From a virus (Duplodnaviria; Caudoviricetes), in IMG/VR virus record IMGVR_UViG_2516653058_000003, positions 8,875-72,874 of that record: DNA of 64,000 nucleotides; one strand, written 5' to 3'. Positions 49,101 through 58,448 of the stretch are shown here, in pieces. Position 1 is the stretch's first letter, and the number at the start of each line of letters is the position of its first letter. The notes below the pieces were generated by a model. That model saw nothing but the letters and a program-made list of their open reading frames with translations, did not search any database and was not told the origin of the DNA. The position numbers were made by a program, and so were the translations under genes.

Positions 49101-50892
49101 CGACATCAACCCCCTGCTGGAAGGTCTGGGAATACCAAAACTGGAAGCTGGGACCGACGCGTTGCAAGGTTATAAGCTAGCCGATTTTTTGAAAAAACAG
49201 CAACTGGTTTCTGACTGGGCAAAGCCTTACATGTCCAACTCTCCCGAAGCGGCCACATTCTTACGGTTGTTGGTGCCTGCTGTAGCTTACAACGACACCG
49301 CCAAAACCAAACTCGCTAAAGGTGAAGGGCGTGCCCACCAGGTCTATAAAGAATGGCAGGAATATGCAAAAACCTTGAGGGGAGAGAAGGTGAAAGTGTC
49401 CTCAACCGGGTTCGAAATGAACCTTAACTCCCCCCTGCAAATGAAAGCGCTGCTGTACGGCATGTTTGACTTGCCTGCCCGTTTACGTGGTTTCGAAATC
49501 AGCGACACCCGCAAGGCGTTGGGTCTGGTAACCCCCACCATCCAAGCCAATGAAGATGCCATAGTCACGGCATTGGCGGAAGACTGTGCAGACCATTCCT
49601 GGAAAAAAGAAGCCTTGGAAGCGTTAATGGCGGCGAAAAAATGCCAAACCCGTATCAGCATGTTTTACGACGTTTATCCAAAATGGCAACATCCCGTTGA
49701 CGGGCTAATCCACCCTCAGGTTAACAGTTGTGGGACAGAAACCAGACGCCCTACGGGTTCGTCCCCCAACCCACTACAATGGCCTAAGCGAGGGGACGGG
49801 GTTAAGTTTCGTAACTGCATCCTACCTAACGAAAAGTTGGGTCACGACCTGATTGTGTCAATAGACTGGAGCCAGCAGGAGCTTCGTATTGCGGCGGCCT
49901 TGTCGATGGATGAAGCCATGCTGGATTGTTATATTGGGAAGGATGTCGAACATGTAATATCTGGCGACGTGGAGGCGTTGCTGGGCGAAGCCCTATTGTC
50001 TAGGTTCCTTAAAACAAGCACGAAAGACATCCACACCCAAACCGCATCAGGTCTGTTGAAGTGGGCATACGATGATGTGGTGGCCGCGTTATCTGGAGAT
50101 GATAAAACCCTAGCTAAGACTGCTAAGGATGCGCGTGTTACGTCGAAACCCATCAATTTCGGGGGCACCTATGGTATTGGTAGCGGCAAGCTTGCCAGGC
50201 AGTTAATTTGCCCTATCACAGAGGCCAAACAATATTTGGCAGATAAAAAAGCGCTGTATCATGGGTTTGAGCGTTGGCGTGAAAACGTCATCAACCTCGT
50301 CTGCCAGCAAGGGTTTGTCACCACTGCCTTCGGCAACCGCCGCCATGTGTTCGACCAGATTACCACCCAAGACGAAGGGCTATGGGCATCTGTCTGCCGC
50401 CAAGTGGTGAACTACCTTATCCAAGGAGTTTGTGCCGATAACTTGAAGCGCACGATGACCGCTATCCGGCAGCAAGGCATAACACAACGCACTGGTGCGG
50501 TGCTTATAGCTCCGATCTACGATGAGTTGGTGTTCTCAGTACACAGCAGCAATGCGGTTGACTTAATCATGAATGTCCACAGCATCATGACCAGGGATAT
50601 ACCAGGAATGGCGGTGCCGATGTTGGCTGAGCCTTCCTTGGGGATCAACTTTGGGGTGCAGGTAGAAATCGGGGCGTTCCCGACACCTGAAAAAATCGAA
50701 TCGGCAATGTCTAAGGCTTTTGCTGTGCCACGGCAGTTGTGGGTTCATTATGGGTCGGATTCCTATATCGAAACCCATGACTTACGGGATCTCAAACACT
50801 TAGCGGAAGTGCCTGAAGACTTGTATGACGTGACGGATATACCGGAGCATGAAGAACGGTTTAAACAGCAAATATTACAAGTAGCCGCTTAA
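46162..50892 (+). CDS. polA: Family A DNA polymerase (5'-3' exonuclease + 3'-5' exonuclease + polymerase) with an intein
   Basis: FEN motifs YPEYKANR, EADD and GDSSDNYGGVKGVG; ExoI DWET; ExoIII YGADD; motif A DWSQQELR; motif B KPINFGGTYG; motif C YDE. Confidence 0.95.
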   Translation: MNIKTLFDLRGMVIHALNASTDREPITLPSGEKANSVGHCLNNFIEMYLLPTIQETRLNDIIAVRDGGNEYRKALYPEYKANRAGKDPELSIHHSNCVNAVIDLLKGLGIPVAEIPGVEADDILAYLVEKLPGPKMIYTVDQDLLQLSSPDCLVFLKTQINTDGYALYNCSGSSKQLLMTVHPRHVALLKSIVGDSSDNYGGVKGVGPVAFAKLAEVYGLDGLDELCSIISKDGYATLQEVINQTGDKTLVALFERRDEWKLGWNLANLAPQLVGERKTTKFNNIIWTKRLPSPERVNRILAEHGCGYLYPKLKPVLPTKTLITADNMPPLSRFESAFKQSEVIAVDWETTDYLQHQPFRDATKGREFVDMLSAKLTGSGFTFGRNYEHTIYVSYDHADTNNLPRETLLDLLGVIPDESVIAIQNCLPGDVEVLTRDGWACIKDTNCSQEIMQWDSTTGELSFAHPTQKVEADADTLLKWDTLYHSCTYTPEHRMYFQSNHCFPKWKAEPCKQVSEYHPNTVYIPLAGIYNHPSVQLTEAEARLLEAIRADGHFPVNRSKQIKFHFIKQRKIDRLLELCREAGIETVVVKETDGSVRVTLQSSSLVGKFRSLLGVERRYTKTLVLSLDIKAREYILDEVKFWDGGSVYKKGAHFYSIDVETVDAIQLMAHISGWRCSGSWGGNKKGYGLLNGKNIFRGTLYPRSRAKLMQTPVEVPHNGKVFCFSVPSGAFMVRSKGKIHITGNCMFENTVLRCNFNGAFLTNCHDTKVMASYVDENQPAGLKDRALLHLNYRQTHYGDVIAKGKTMSDYSAEHVFQYGADDPLVTAHLYDFYKMIMQIEGTFDFCVANEMEPIEMISEGFIAGVSVDWDELERQGIEDRKTLDESIVKIRELIVANQTEETIESGVDRIYSEDVEEVVARVNTDFKAGKFNGLADPAELVRDREISAKSIALRKKLEGLVTYQPYVETSVDAAIDMTPSDINPLLEGLGIPKLEAGTDALQGYKLADFLKKQQLVSDWAKPYMSNSPEAATFLRLLVPAVAYNDTAKTKLAKGEGRAHQVYKEWQEYAKTLRGEKVKVSSTGFEMNLNSPLQMKALLYGMFDLPARLRGFEISDTRKALGLVTPTIQANEDAIVTALAEDCADHSWKKEALEALMAAKKCQTRISMFYDVYPKWQHPVDGLIHPQVNSCGTETRRPTGSSPNPLQWPKRGDGVKFRNCILPNEKLGHDLIVSIDWSQQELRIAAALSMDEAMLDCYIGKDVEHVISGDVEALLGEALLSRFLKTSTKDIHTQTASGLLKWAYDDVVAALSGDDKTLAKTAKDARVTSKPINFGGTYGIGSGKLARQLICPITEAKQYLADKKALYHGFERWRENVINLVCQQGFVTTAFGNRRHVFDQITTQDEGLWASVCRQVVNYLIQGVCADNLKRTMTAIRQQGITQRTGAVLIAPIYDELVFSVHSSNAVDLIMNVHSIMTRDIPGMAVPMLAEPSLGINFGVQVEIGAFPTPEKIESAMSKAFAVPRQLWVHYGSDSYIETHDLRDLKHLAEVPEDLYDVTDIPEHEERFKQQILQVAA
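47437..48393 (+). mobile_element. Intein with LAGLIDADG-type homing endonuclease (319 aa)
   Basis: Starts CLPGDVEVLT; block B TPEH; LLEAIRADG; ends VFCFSVPSGAFMVR…HITGN followed by Cys. Confidence 0.92.
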
Positions 50893-50923
50893 GGGGGTAT
50901 TTATATCAGCACAACGTAAACCA

Positions 50924-51148
50924 TTGGACACATCCAAAAAGGACCGGCGTACCGAAGCAAAAGCCCTTAACACCCAAATCCTGGTGTCGCGGGGCGTTAC
51001 GTTCGAATCCCTTAAAGACGGGTATCATTTAATTATCCGTATGGGCAGTAGGCGCATCCATTACTGGCCGTCAACCGATAAATGGATGGAAAACCGCAAG
51101 CCCGTGAGGTATGGGATAAAATCGTTGTTGTCGTGCCTAAACGCATAA
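50924..51148 (+). CDS. Small basic hypothetical protein
   Basis: 74 aa; IHYWPSTDKW motif. Confidence 0.55.
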   Translation: MDTSKKDRRTEAKALNTQILVSRGVTFESLKDGYHLIIRMGSRRIHYWPSTDKWMENRKPVRYGIKSLLSCLNA

Positions 51149-51165
51149 ATGACATAAATTCCTTA

Positions 51166-51194
51166 TCGACAATCCGCGCAACTTACCTTATATT
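51166..51194 (+). promoter_or_regulatory. Sigma70-like promoter
   Basis: TCGACA-N17-TATATT, 13 nt upstream of a CAGCAC hairpin. Confidence 0.6.
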
Positions 51195-51207
51195 GTAGCC
51201 TCACTTA

Positions 51208-51240
51208 TCCGGCATGGTTGACAGCACCTTCCATGCCGGA
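51208..51240 (+). promoter_or_regulatory. CAGCAC-loop hairpin element
   Basis: TCCGGCATGG…CAGCAC…CCATGCCGGA; ACCGGAGAC at 51247. Confidence 0.8.
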
Positions 51241-51258
51241 CACCAAACCGGAGACATT

Positions 51259-52023
51259 ATGGATACCTCGATCCCCTACACTCTAGTAGTGTTTGATACG
51301 GAGACGACTGGCGTTGACCCAACGGTTGACGAAGTTTGCCAGTTCGCCTGTATCGCCATCAAAAGCACCCACCCCGAAAATATCGTCGAATTTGAAAGCC
51401 TTTGCGACCCTGGCCGGCACATCCCTGAGGAGGCCATAGCGAAGCATGGCATACCTAACGAAGCCGTAGTTGGAAAGCCTAAAACCCGAAATCTATTAAA
51501 TGAAGTTATGGCGGAACTTTTCGAGTTTGCTGCCGGAACCCAGCTGATCCTTGGCGGCCATAATACAAAATTCGACTGGAATTTCTTGCAGAAGCATGTG
51601 TTCATCCCTGATGACACGCTATCTCTTTGCACACTCCGTATGGCTAGGGTGTTGGCACCTAATTCCGATAACCACCAACTCGAACACCTCTACAGAAACC
51701 ACTACTCCCTGCAATCCCCACGAACAAAAACCGCGCACGATGCGCTATGTGACGTGTGGATGAGTTATGAGCTGCTGAATCACTGGCTGTCCCAGCGCCC
51801 TGACCTGTCAATACTTGAAATCGCTGACGAACTCAAGCTCCCTATGAAGCTTGAGACGATGCCGTTCGGCAAAAATAAAGGCCGCCCGTTCTCTGAGATC
51901 CCGTATAAAGCCCTGCGTTGGTATGTGGATCAAGGCAGTGCTATGGATCAGGATGTTAGATTTACGGCAGGAGTTTGGTGTAAGCTATGGGAAACCCCAG
52001 CAGAAATGATGGCAAGAGGTTAG
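51259..52023 (+). CDS. DnaQ/ExoX-like 3'-5' exonuclease
   Basis: FDTETTG, GHNTKFD and HDALCD (DEDDh); C-terminal MPFGKNKG module. Confidence 0.9.
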   Translation: MDTSIPYTLVVFDTETTGVDPTVDEVCQFACIAIKSTHPENIVEFESLCDPGRHIPEEAIAKHGIPNEAVVGKPKTRNLLNEVMAELFEFAAGTQLILGGHNTKFDWNFLQKHVFIPDDTLSLCTLRMARVLAPNSDNHQLEHLYRNHYSLQSPRTKTAHDALCDVWMSYELLNHWLSQRPDLSILEIADELKLPMKLETMPFGKNKGRPFSEIPYKALRWYVDQGSAMDQDVRFTAGVWCKLWETPAEMMARG

Positions 52024-52460
52024 AGCAAACCATACAGGCAGCCCTACAGCAACACCACCTGCATAATAGGTCTAATTTCGTCCGCCTATATGACCAGACA
52101 TCGACAGGAGGTAGAGGGTTCGCGTTGCCTGGGGACTTCTATTGGTTTGTGCCTGGTAATGCAATTTTGATTGAATGCAAATCAACTGCAATCTGTAAGC
52201 CGCTACTATCGCTGGTACGGTCGTCTAAACACAGTAAAGACCAGATACCACGGCACAGATTGCACCATTTGTCAGGACATCCCAGCGTCTATCTTTATGG
52301 GGACTTACTAAACGATGAAATAACCGCATACGACGGGGAGTCCGTGGTGGCTGCGGTTAATGAAAAGAAAAAGGACTTGGTAATAATTTCAAAAGCAGAT
52401 ATGTCGTCTACAGGTGGGCTGTTAGACAACATTATCCAACATATCAGGAGCTGTAAATGA
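51987..52460 (+). CDS. PD-(D/E)xK nuclease, RecU-like Holliday junction resolvase candidate
   Basis: GKRLE…PGDF…LIECKS. Confidence 0.65.
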   Translation: MGNPSRNDGKRLEQTIQAALQQHHLHNRSNFVRLYDQTSTGGRGFALPGDFYWFVPGNAILIECKSTAICKPLLSLVRSSKHSKDQIPRHRLHHLSGHPSVYLYGDLLNDEITAYDGESVVAAVNEKKKDLVIISKADMSSTGGLLDNIIQHIRSCK

Positions 52461-53104
52461 GTGATTTAACTAAGAAGCTTAGCCAATACATGAAACCGGG
52501 GACTTACAAAAAAGGGGAAAACATAACCATAAACCTGGCCCAATTCGACGGGCTAATTATTGTCGATAAAGGCATCTGCCTTGTGGAGACTAGCCGGGAA
52601 TCTGCAAAGGCACGCGGCAAATATGACGTGTCCGTAGGGGTGTTGAAACCAGAAGGGTCGATGATCGGACTGGAATTCTTCTTTGTTCCGCAGACCCTAA
52701 GATATCCCGCCTCAGTGAGGTCTGTCACCGATTCCGACGTACGGACAATGACCAGGAAAAAATTCGCCAGCCTGCTGGATACAGAACTTGCAAGTATCAA
52801 GACTTTCATCTTCGAGGAGATTGCCAGGCAACTGGCGGATTATTTTAACTCCCTGCAATTGCAGTTGGAGCGGCAGGCCAAGGCGGCGCCAGAGGATAGG
52901 GTATTGGATGTGTTTGAGCACGTCAGGCCTATCGTAGGAACCCCCCACCCAGCAGGTACCGAAATAAAGATACCAACGTATGTCCTGCAGCGGCTGGCGG
53001 GGGATTCCCCCCGGTCGTTTCAGGAAGGGGCCAAACGCCTCATGCAGGAAGGGAAGTTGTTAAAGTCAGGGAGGGCTTCATGGGTGTTACCAACCCATAA
53101 CTAA
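52457..53104 (+). CDS. Hypothetical protein
   Basis: 215 aa, coupled to the resolvase ORF. Confidence 0.7.
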   Translation: MSDLTKKLSQYMKPGTYKKGENITINLAQFDGLIIVDKGICLVETSRESAKARGKYDVSVGVLKPEGSMIGLEFFFVPQTLRYPASVRSVTDSDVRTMTRKKFASLLDTELASIKTFIFEEIARQLADYFNSLQLQLERQAKAAPEDRVLDVFEHVRPIVGTPHPAGTEIKIPTYVLQRLAGDSPRSFQEGAKRLMQEGKLLKSGRASWVLPTHN

Positions 53105-53108
53105 CCAC

Positions 53109-53132
53109 AGGCTGCCGCAGCACCGGCAGCCT
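53109..53132 (+). promoter_or_regulatory. CAGCAC-loop hairpin element
   Basis: AGGCTGCCG-CAGCAC-CGGCAGCCT then TTT; ACCGGAGAC at 53143. Confidence 0.85.
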
Positions 53133-53155
53133 TTTAACAAAAACCGGAGACAACC

Positions 53156-54247
53156 ATGTCCTTATTATTTTGGACAGACCCGCACTTGGGTCTGAACCGC
53201 ACTTCCCACACCACCCCTGTCTCCCGTGTAAAATTACGGGACGCTTTATATACCCAAGCAAATAATATCCTGAACCGATCCCATATAGAGGGCCACTCGG
53301 CTATCTGCTTGGGAGACCTGTTTGACACCACCGACAATGAAGAAGCCGTCATCGCCCAAGGGGCTTCGATAGCTGGCCGCTGTGCTTTGGTTTTATCAGG
53401 CAATCATGATCTCGCTAACCGCGACGGCAAAATGTCCTCGCTGGAATTGATAGGGCATTTGTCGCCGGATAGCTCGGTTGCATTGGCGGACAGCACATCT
53501 GACTATTTTGTTGTTGAATTTCCTGAGGCGAATGTCATTGTCGTGCCACATAAACGCACCCAAACCTTGTTTGACTTGACTTTGCAAGAAATAGGCCTGC
53601 ACGTACGCCGGATACCAACTAAGGTTAACATTCTAGTGTTGCACTGCAACTACGAATCCCCTTTCGCCACTGACGACTCATCTCTGAATTTGACGCGGGA
53701 TATAGCAGGGCTGTTGCTAGGGGATGACCATGACACCAAACAAACCGTAGATTACATCTTGATTGGCCATGAACACATCCCTAGGGCTGATTTCGGCGGC
53801 AAGTTGCAGATTCTAGGAAATACCCATCCGACATCCTTTTCGGATATTTCCGATAAATTTATATGGGAATTCGATGGCACAAAGCTATCACCTGTAAAGA
53901 TTTGGAGCAAAGACTCTCACTTGGTTAAAGATTGGGAATGGTTGTTAAACGAAACTTCAACCGCCCCTACTACCCTAGACATGGAGTTGGTTTTTGCAGG
54001 TATGCAATTCATCGAGATCAACGGCACCGCCCCCGCCCGCAAACTGCCAGAGATAGCCAAAGCCGTGCAGAAATTGTGGAGCCAAGCTCCTGATGCCTTG
54101 ATGATCCGCAACAACGTCAAGTCCGAAGCCGTGCAAGTCGAAGCCAAAGAAATGAACCGGGCATTGGATATCCCCTCCCGTATTACTGAGGAATTACAAG
54201 GATCTCCTTTCGCCAACACCTGGGCCAACTACCTAAGCCGTATTTAA
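53156..54247 (+). CDS. sbcD: SbcD/Mre11-like nuclease
   Basis: Metallophosphoesterase motifs DPH, GDLFD, GNHD and GHEH; adjacent to an SbcC-like gene. Confidence 0.9.
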   Translation: MSLLFWTDPHLGLNRTSHTTPVSRVKLRDALYTQANNILNRSHIEGHSAICLGDLFDTTDNEEAVIAQGASIAGRCALVLSGNHDLANRDGKMSSLELIGHLSPDSSVALADSTSDYFVVEFPEANVIVVPHKRTQTLFDLTLQEIGLHVRRIPTKVNILVLHCNYESPFATDDSSLNLTRDIAGLLLGDDHDTKQTVDYILIGHEHIPRADFGGKLQILGNTHPTSFSDISDKFIWEFDGTKLSPVKIWSKDSHLVKDWEWLLNETSTAPTTLDMELVFAGMQFIEINGTAPARKLPEIAKAVQKLWSQAPDALMIRNNVKSEAVQVEAKEMNRALDIPSRITEELQGSPFANTWANYLSRI

Positions 54248-54260
54248 GGACACTACCATT

Positions 54261-56423
54261 ATGTTAAAACAACTCACATTAAACAACTTCAAAAAACATA
54301 AAGCACTGGCCTTATCGTTCCCCGGTGGTCTAACCTCTATCACTGGCAACAATGCGGCAGGCAAGTCCACAGTTTTAAAAGGCATTTTATTCGCCTTATT
54401 CGGATCTGCTGCCATCGGGGCAAAGGATCACATTTGGTCTTGGGGTTCCAAGGACAAGCGCAGCGTAGCGCTTCAAATGACCCTGCCTGTTTACGGCGAC
54501 GTGATTATCAGCCGCACCCCTTCAGGGGCCACTGTCACTGCCGTTGACGATGGCCGTAACCTGGCCAGCGGCAACGCTGCCGGAACCCAGTTTATTGAGG
54601 CGTCTTTGGGGATGTTGGCGAAAGATTTGAAAACTATTACATATTCTCCCCAAGGAGAAACACAAAATATCCTGACGATGGGGCCAACAGCATTACAGCA
54701 GAAAGTGGAAGGTTTGAGCCGTGTCGATATATTGGACAGGGTGTTAAGCCACCTCAGTACGGATCTGACGAAAATTGAAGGCCGGTTGGAAGGTATTCCA
54801 GCTGATTTTGACATTACCGGGTTGGAGACGCGACTCCAGATATTGTCTGATAAAAAAAGAAAAACTGAACAGGACATCGCGGTTTCTGTAGGCATTAAAG
54901 ACAACCTTACCGACCAGCGAACCCTTGTCGAGAGAGATACTAAAACCTTACAAGAGCACCAGCACCAGCACCAGCTGCTAAGCGCCGAACTTTTTCGTGA
55001 AGAACAAAACGTGGCTAATCTATGGCAACAGGTGACCGTAGCTATGGGTAACCTTAACTCACTCGAAGGTGCAGGCAACCCGGTGGATATCGAAGAGCTG
55101 AAGTTTGAATATTCAGCCAGTAAAGCCTCGTATGACGAGGCGGCCCGATATATGCATAAGCTAAATGCGGAGGCGTCCGAGCGGCAACAATGCCGTAATG
55201 ACATTGAGAGGTATACCAAACTTCTTGAAGAACACACAGCGGCTGAGGAGGAATTGAATACACTACAACCAGTAATTGCGGAAAAAGGCTCAAAACATGC
55301 CACATTAGCCAGTGAAAAATCCACAGTGGAATCGGATTTACGTCGCGTCGAGGAGATGCTGCATAACGCCAAATGCCCGGTCTGTAAGAGAAACTTTGAC
55401 GGGGTTAATTTTGACGAAATATCTCTGGAAGCCCAAAAGTTGTCCGTAAGGTGGCAAACCCTAAATACAGAAGCATCTGCCCTATGGGTGGAGTATACGG
55501 CGTTGGGCAACCAGGAAAAAAACTTAAAAAAGAGCCTCAACCCCGGCGCCGCCGCTTACCTTGATGCCCGCCGCACCCGGCTTGCTGAGATACCGGAAGT
55601 TTCGGAATCAGCAATGGCTGAGGCTTTGACCCACGTTGAAAAATTGGCAATGGCTACTAACGCCTTAGTAGCCGACATAAACTCAACCACGGCCACCCTT
55701 GCCAGAATCTCAGAAATTGAAAAGCAGGTGAAGGGGCTGGAAGCCCAGCTACACGCAGCCACCTTGAAAGTGGCCACGGTGTCGGATAAGTTAAATGCCG
55801 TCCCAGACACGTCAGCCATCCCCTCATTACAAGAGTACATCACAGAGCTGGATATGAGGCTGTCCAAATGTGAACAGCAAATCCAGGACTACCGTTTGGA
55901 AATCTCCCGCTGTGATTCAGAAATCGGACATACGAAGACCGAACTGTTCAAGCTGAAACAATTGGAAGCCGAAAGACAAGAACTGGACAAAGAGCAGTCC
56001 CATCTGCAGTCTTTCCAAAAATACCTAAAAGGCAACCGCAGCAAGTGGGCAGGGGATATCTGGGAGGGGTTGCTGCAATATGCGTCAGCCCTAGTATCCA
56101 ACACGACTAGCGGCGAGCTGGGCAACCTGGCCCGGTCTTCTAAAGGCGAATTCACGGTTGAGGAGTTGGGCAGGGTTGTGCCGGTGGAGGAGTCGTCAGG
56201 GTTTCAGAAATCGCTGATCGGTACCGCCCTTCGAGTGGCCTTGTCGAAAGTGTTTTACGGAGACAACTTATTTTTGCTGTTAGATGAAGCGACGGCAGAT
56301 GCCAACGACGAGAACGCCGCCGCCGTGGCAGGTATGTTGGCTTCCTTGAATATGCAAGTCGTAATGGTCAGCCACCGCAGTGGGGATTCTGTGAATGCTG
56401 GGAACTTGGTGGAGTTGAAATAA
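54261..56423 (+). CDS. sbcC: SbcC/Rad50-like SMC ATPase
   Basis: GNNAAGKST, long coiled coil with CPVC hook, SSGFQ signature, LLDEA and H-loop. Confidence 0.92.
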   Translation: MLKQLTLNNFKKHKALALSFPGGLTSITGNNAAGKSTVLKGILFALFGSAAIGAKDHIWSWGSKDKRSVALQMTLPVYGDVIISRTPSGATVTAVDDGRNLASGNAAGTQFIEASLGMLAKDLKTITYSPQGETQNILTMGPTALQQKVEGLSRVDILDRVLSHLSTDLTKIEGRLEGIPADFDITGLETRLQILSDKKRKTEQDIAVSVGIKDNLTDQRTLVERDTKTLQEHQHQHQLLSAELFREEQNVANLWQQVTVAMGNLNSLEGAGNPVDIEELKFEYSASKASYDEAARYMHKLNAEASERQQCRNDIERYTKLLEEHTAAEEELNTLQPVIAEKGSKHATLASEKSTVESDLRRVEEMLHNAKCPVCKRNFDGVNFDEISLEAQKLSVRWQTLNTEASALWVEYTALGNQEKNLKKSLNPGAAAYLDARRTRLAEIPEVSESAMAEALTHVEKLAMATNALVADINSTTATLARISEIEKQVKGLEAQLHAATLKVATVSDKLNAVPDTSAIPSLQEYITELDMRLSKCEQQIQDYRLEISRCDSEIGHTKTELFKLKQLEAERQELDKEQSHLQSFQKYLKGNRSKWAGDIWEGLLQYASALVSNTTSGELGNLARSSKGEFTVEELGRVVPVEESSGFQKSLIGTALRVALSKVFYGDNLFLLLDEATADANDENAAAVAGMLASLNMQVVMVSHRSGDSVNAGNLVELK

Positions 56424-57028
56424 TGGCAACACTTTATGAAACATTAGGCGTTAATAAAGATGCCACCCCTGTCCAAATCAAAGCAGCTTACCGCAGCAAA
56501 GCCAAACAACACCACCCAGACAAAGGCGGTGATGAAGCCCTATTCAAACAAGTCAAAGCCGCTTACGAAGTGCTGAGTAACCAAGCCCGCCGCAAGCAGT
56601 ATGACGAAACCGGGCAAGTCGATGACACGGAACTTCAAGATGAAGCCCGCCTCAGGCAAGAGCTGATCCAACTTATCCTGGGAATCCTTGACCAAGTGCT
56701 TGATGTTGACGGTACCGATGTCGTTAAGATGGCGAGACGAGATCTTAACACGGTTATCCGGCGTAACCGAGAAGCAATACGGACCGCGAACAATAAGGTA
56801 AGCAAGTATCAGCGGGCATTGTGCCGGATGCGTTGCGACTCCGGCGAAAACCTTCTGGCTATTGGAATACAAAACCATATTGATATCGGGTTGGTGTATA
56901 TCAAAGGTATTGAAAAAACCATCGAAGGTATAGAAAAACAACTCATGATGCTGGATTCATATATATATGACACGGAATCACATGGGTATGGGCATTATGT
57001 AACACTAACTCTGACACTGGGGGTATAA
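56423..57028 (+). CDS. J-domain (DnaJ-like) protein
   Basis: LYETLGV…IKAAYR…HHPDKGGD…AYEVLS…RKQYD. Confidence 0.9.
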   Translation: MATLYETLGVNKDATPVQIKAAYRSKAKQHHPDKGGDEALFKQVKAAYEVLSNQARRKQYDETGQVDDTELQDEARLRQELIQLILGILDQVLDVDGTDVVKMARRDLNTVIRRNREAIRTANNKVSKYQRALCRMRCDSGENLLAIGIQNHIDIGLVYIKGIEKTIEGIEKQLMMLDSYIYDTESHGYGHYVTLTLTLGV

Positions 57029-57031
57029 GCG

Positions 57032-57214
57032 ATGGCTTCTGCAGAAGATAAGAAACTGGAAGAGTTGTTGGATGACGCCGAAAGGCAAGCATCCAGCAAT
57101 TGGGAAATGGAGTTCGTGGCGGGGATTAAAGTCCGCTACAAGCAGTACGGTGACAGGACGGTCCTGTCGGAAAAGCAATTGAGTCGCCTGCGCAGCATCG
57201 CTGGTGATGATTGA
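57032..57214 (+). CDS. Small hypothetical protein
   Basis: 60 aa (WEMEFV…LSEKQ…L motif). Confidence 0.6.
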   Translation: MASAEDKKLEELLDDAERQASSNWEMEFVAGIKVRYKQYGDRTVLSEKQLSRLRSIAGDD

Positions 57215-57237
57215 AATAAATTAACCGGAGACAAAAT

Positions 57238-58080
57238 ATGGATTTAACTACATTAACCACTTGCGACCAGCCTGTGGAGTTACGCGAAATACCAAACTCA
57301 GACCTATCCTACATGTTGGAACGCTGGGCAGTTGAGCATCACGACGTTCGGCTTGTTCAGGTTCCTATTGTCAGTGAGGCTATTAACCGTCTTCGCCAGT
57401 CGGCTGGCATGTCCAATGCCGACTACCTCACCCTGGCCGCCGTCACCGCCAAACCAACCCCTGACGGCATCCGTATCCCGCACAACCTGGTCAACAAGAT
57501 TGAAAACTTGCTGATGGACTTCCGGGACACGGCTCTGCAACTGGAAGCATTGAAGAAAACCATTTTCTATGGTGATGAGCCAGCCGACAGCGCGATGTGC
57601 AGACACCTGTCCGACGAGCAAGCCCAAACCTTGCACGCTGTTTTAGGTATGGTCGGAGAAACCGCCGAAATGGTGGACTGCTTTAGTAACAACATGGACG
57701 GCGCGAACCGCGAATCCCTTGTGAAAGAATTAGGCGACCACCGCTGGTACGAGGCCATCCTGTTACGGCTGGTCGGCATTACCCAGGAAGAAATCCACGA
57801 AAAGAACATCGCCAAGCTGAAGGCGCGGTACGGGGATAAGTTCAATGCGGTGGCGGCCCTGGCCCGTGTGGATGTCAACCCTCACATTGGGTCTGACTTC
57901 GACACCATGTCGGCTGAGGATGACATCCTTGGAGAAGTGACGGAAGGTGCGTTGGCGAAGGTGGCTGGACACTGCACCAAGGAAGGTTGCTTTGTCCATG
58001 ATGGCGAATCTTGTGCGGATGGGGAGATGCAGCCGGAAGATTGTGCGAACTTTGTCACCGAAGACCCGTTAGGGAGATGA
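57238..58080 (+). CDS. MazG-like NTP pyrophosphohydrolase domain protein
   Basis: LHAVLGMVGETAEMVD…KELGDHRWY…NIAKLKARY. Confidence 0.75.
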   Translation: MDLTTLTTCDQPVELREIPNSDLSYMLERWAVEHHDVRLVQVPIVSEAINRLRQSAGMSNADYLTLAAVTAKPTPDGIRIPHNLVNKIENLLMDFRDTALQLEALKKTIFYGDEPADSAMCRHLSDEQAQTLHAVLGMVGETAEMVDCFSNNMDGANRESLVKELGDHRWYEAILLRLVGITQEEIHEKNIAKLKARYGDKFNAVAALARVDVNPHIGSDFDTMSAEDDILGEVTEGALAKVAGHCTKEGCFVHDGESCADGEMQPEDCANFVTEDPLGR

Positions 58081-58394
58081 ACATGGAAATTGAAAATATT
58101 TTGTTCCTGATCTTATTTTCGGGAGTCGCCTTTGCTGCCGCCATTATCGCGTTCGTGGTGATTCGGGACCGGAAGACTGAGAAGGTATATGAAGAAGTGC
58201 GGGCTAAACGGATGCGGGAGTACGGACTGCGGTCGCTACAAAGTAGCTCCCCCAACCAACACAACAGCGTCACCACGTCTGCCCCATCGTGGGTGGGCTC
58301 CTCCGACAGCTCCTACACTTCTGACTACTCTAGCTGCGACTCAAGTTCCAGTTCAAGCAGCTGTGATTCGAGCCCCTCCTGCTCATGTGATTAA
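58077..58394 (+). CDS. Single-TM protein with a Ser/Cys-rich tail
   Basis: Hydrophobic N-terminus; C-terminus SSSSSSCDSSPSCSCD. Confidence 0.65.
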   Translation: MNMEIENILFLILFSGVAFAAAIIAFVVIRDRKTEKVYEEVRAKRMREYGLRSLQSSSPNQHNSVTTSAPSWVGSSDSSYTSDYSSCDSSSSSSSCDSSPSCSCD

Positions 58395-58404
58395 CTAACC
58401 TAAA

Positions 58405-58428
58405 CCGGAAGCCCAGCACGGCTTCCGG
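58405..58428 (+). promoter_or_regulatory. CAGCAC-loop hairpin element
   Basis: CCGGAAGCC-CAGCAC-GGCTTCCGG; ACCGGAGAC at 58437. Confidence 0.85.
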
Positions 58429-58448
58429 CCTTTATTACCGGAGACAAT

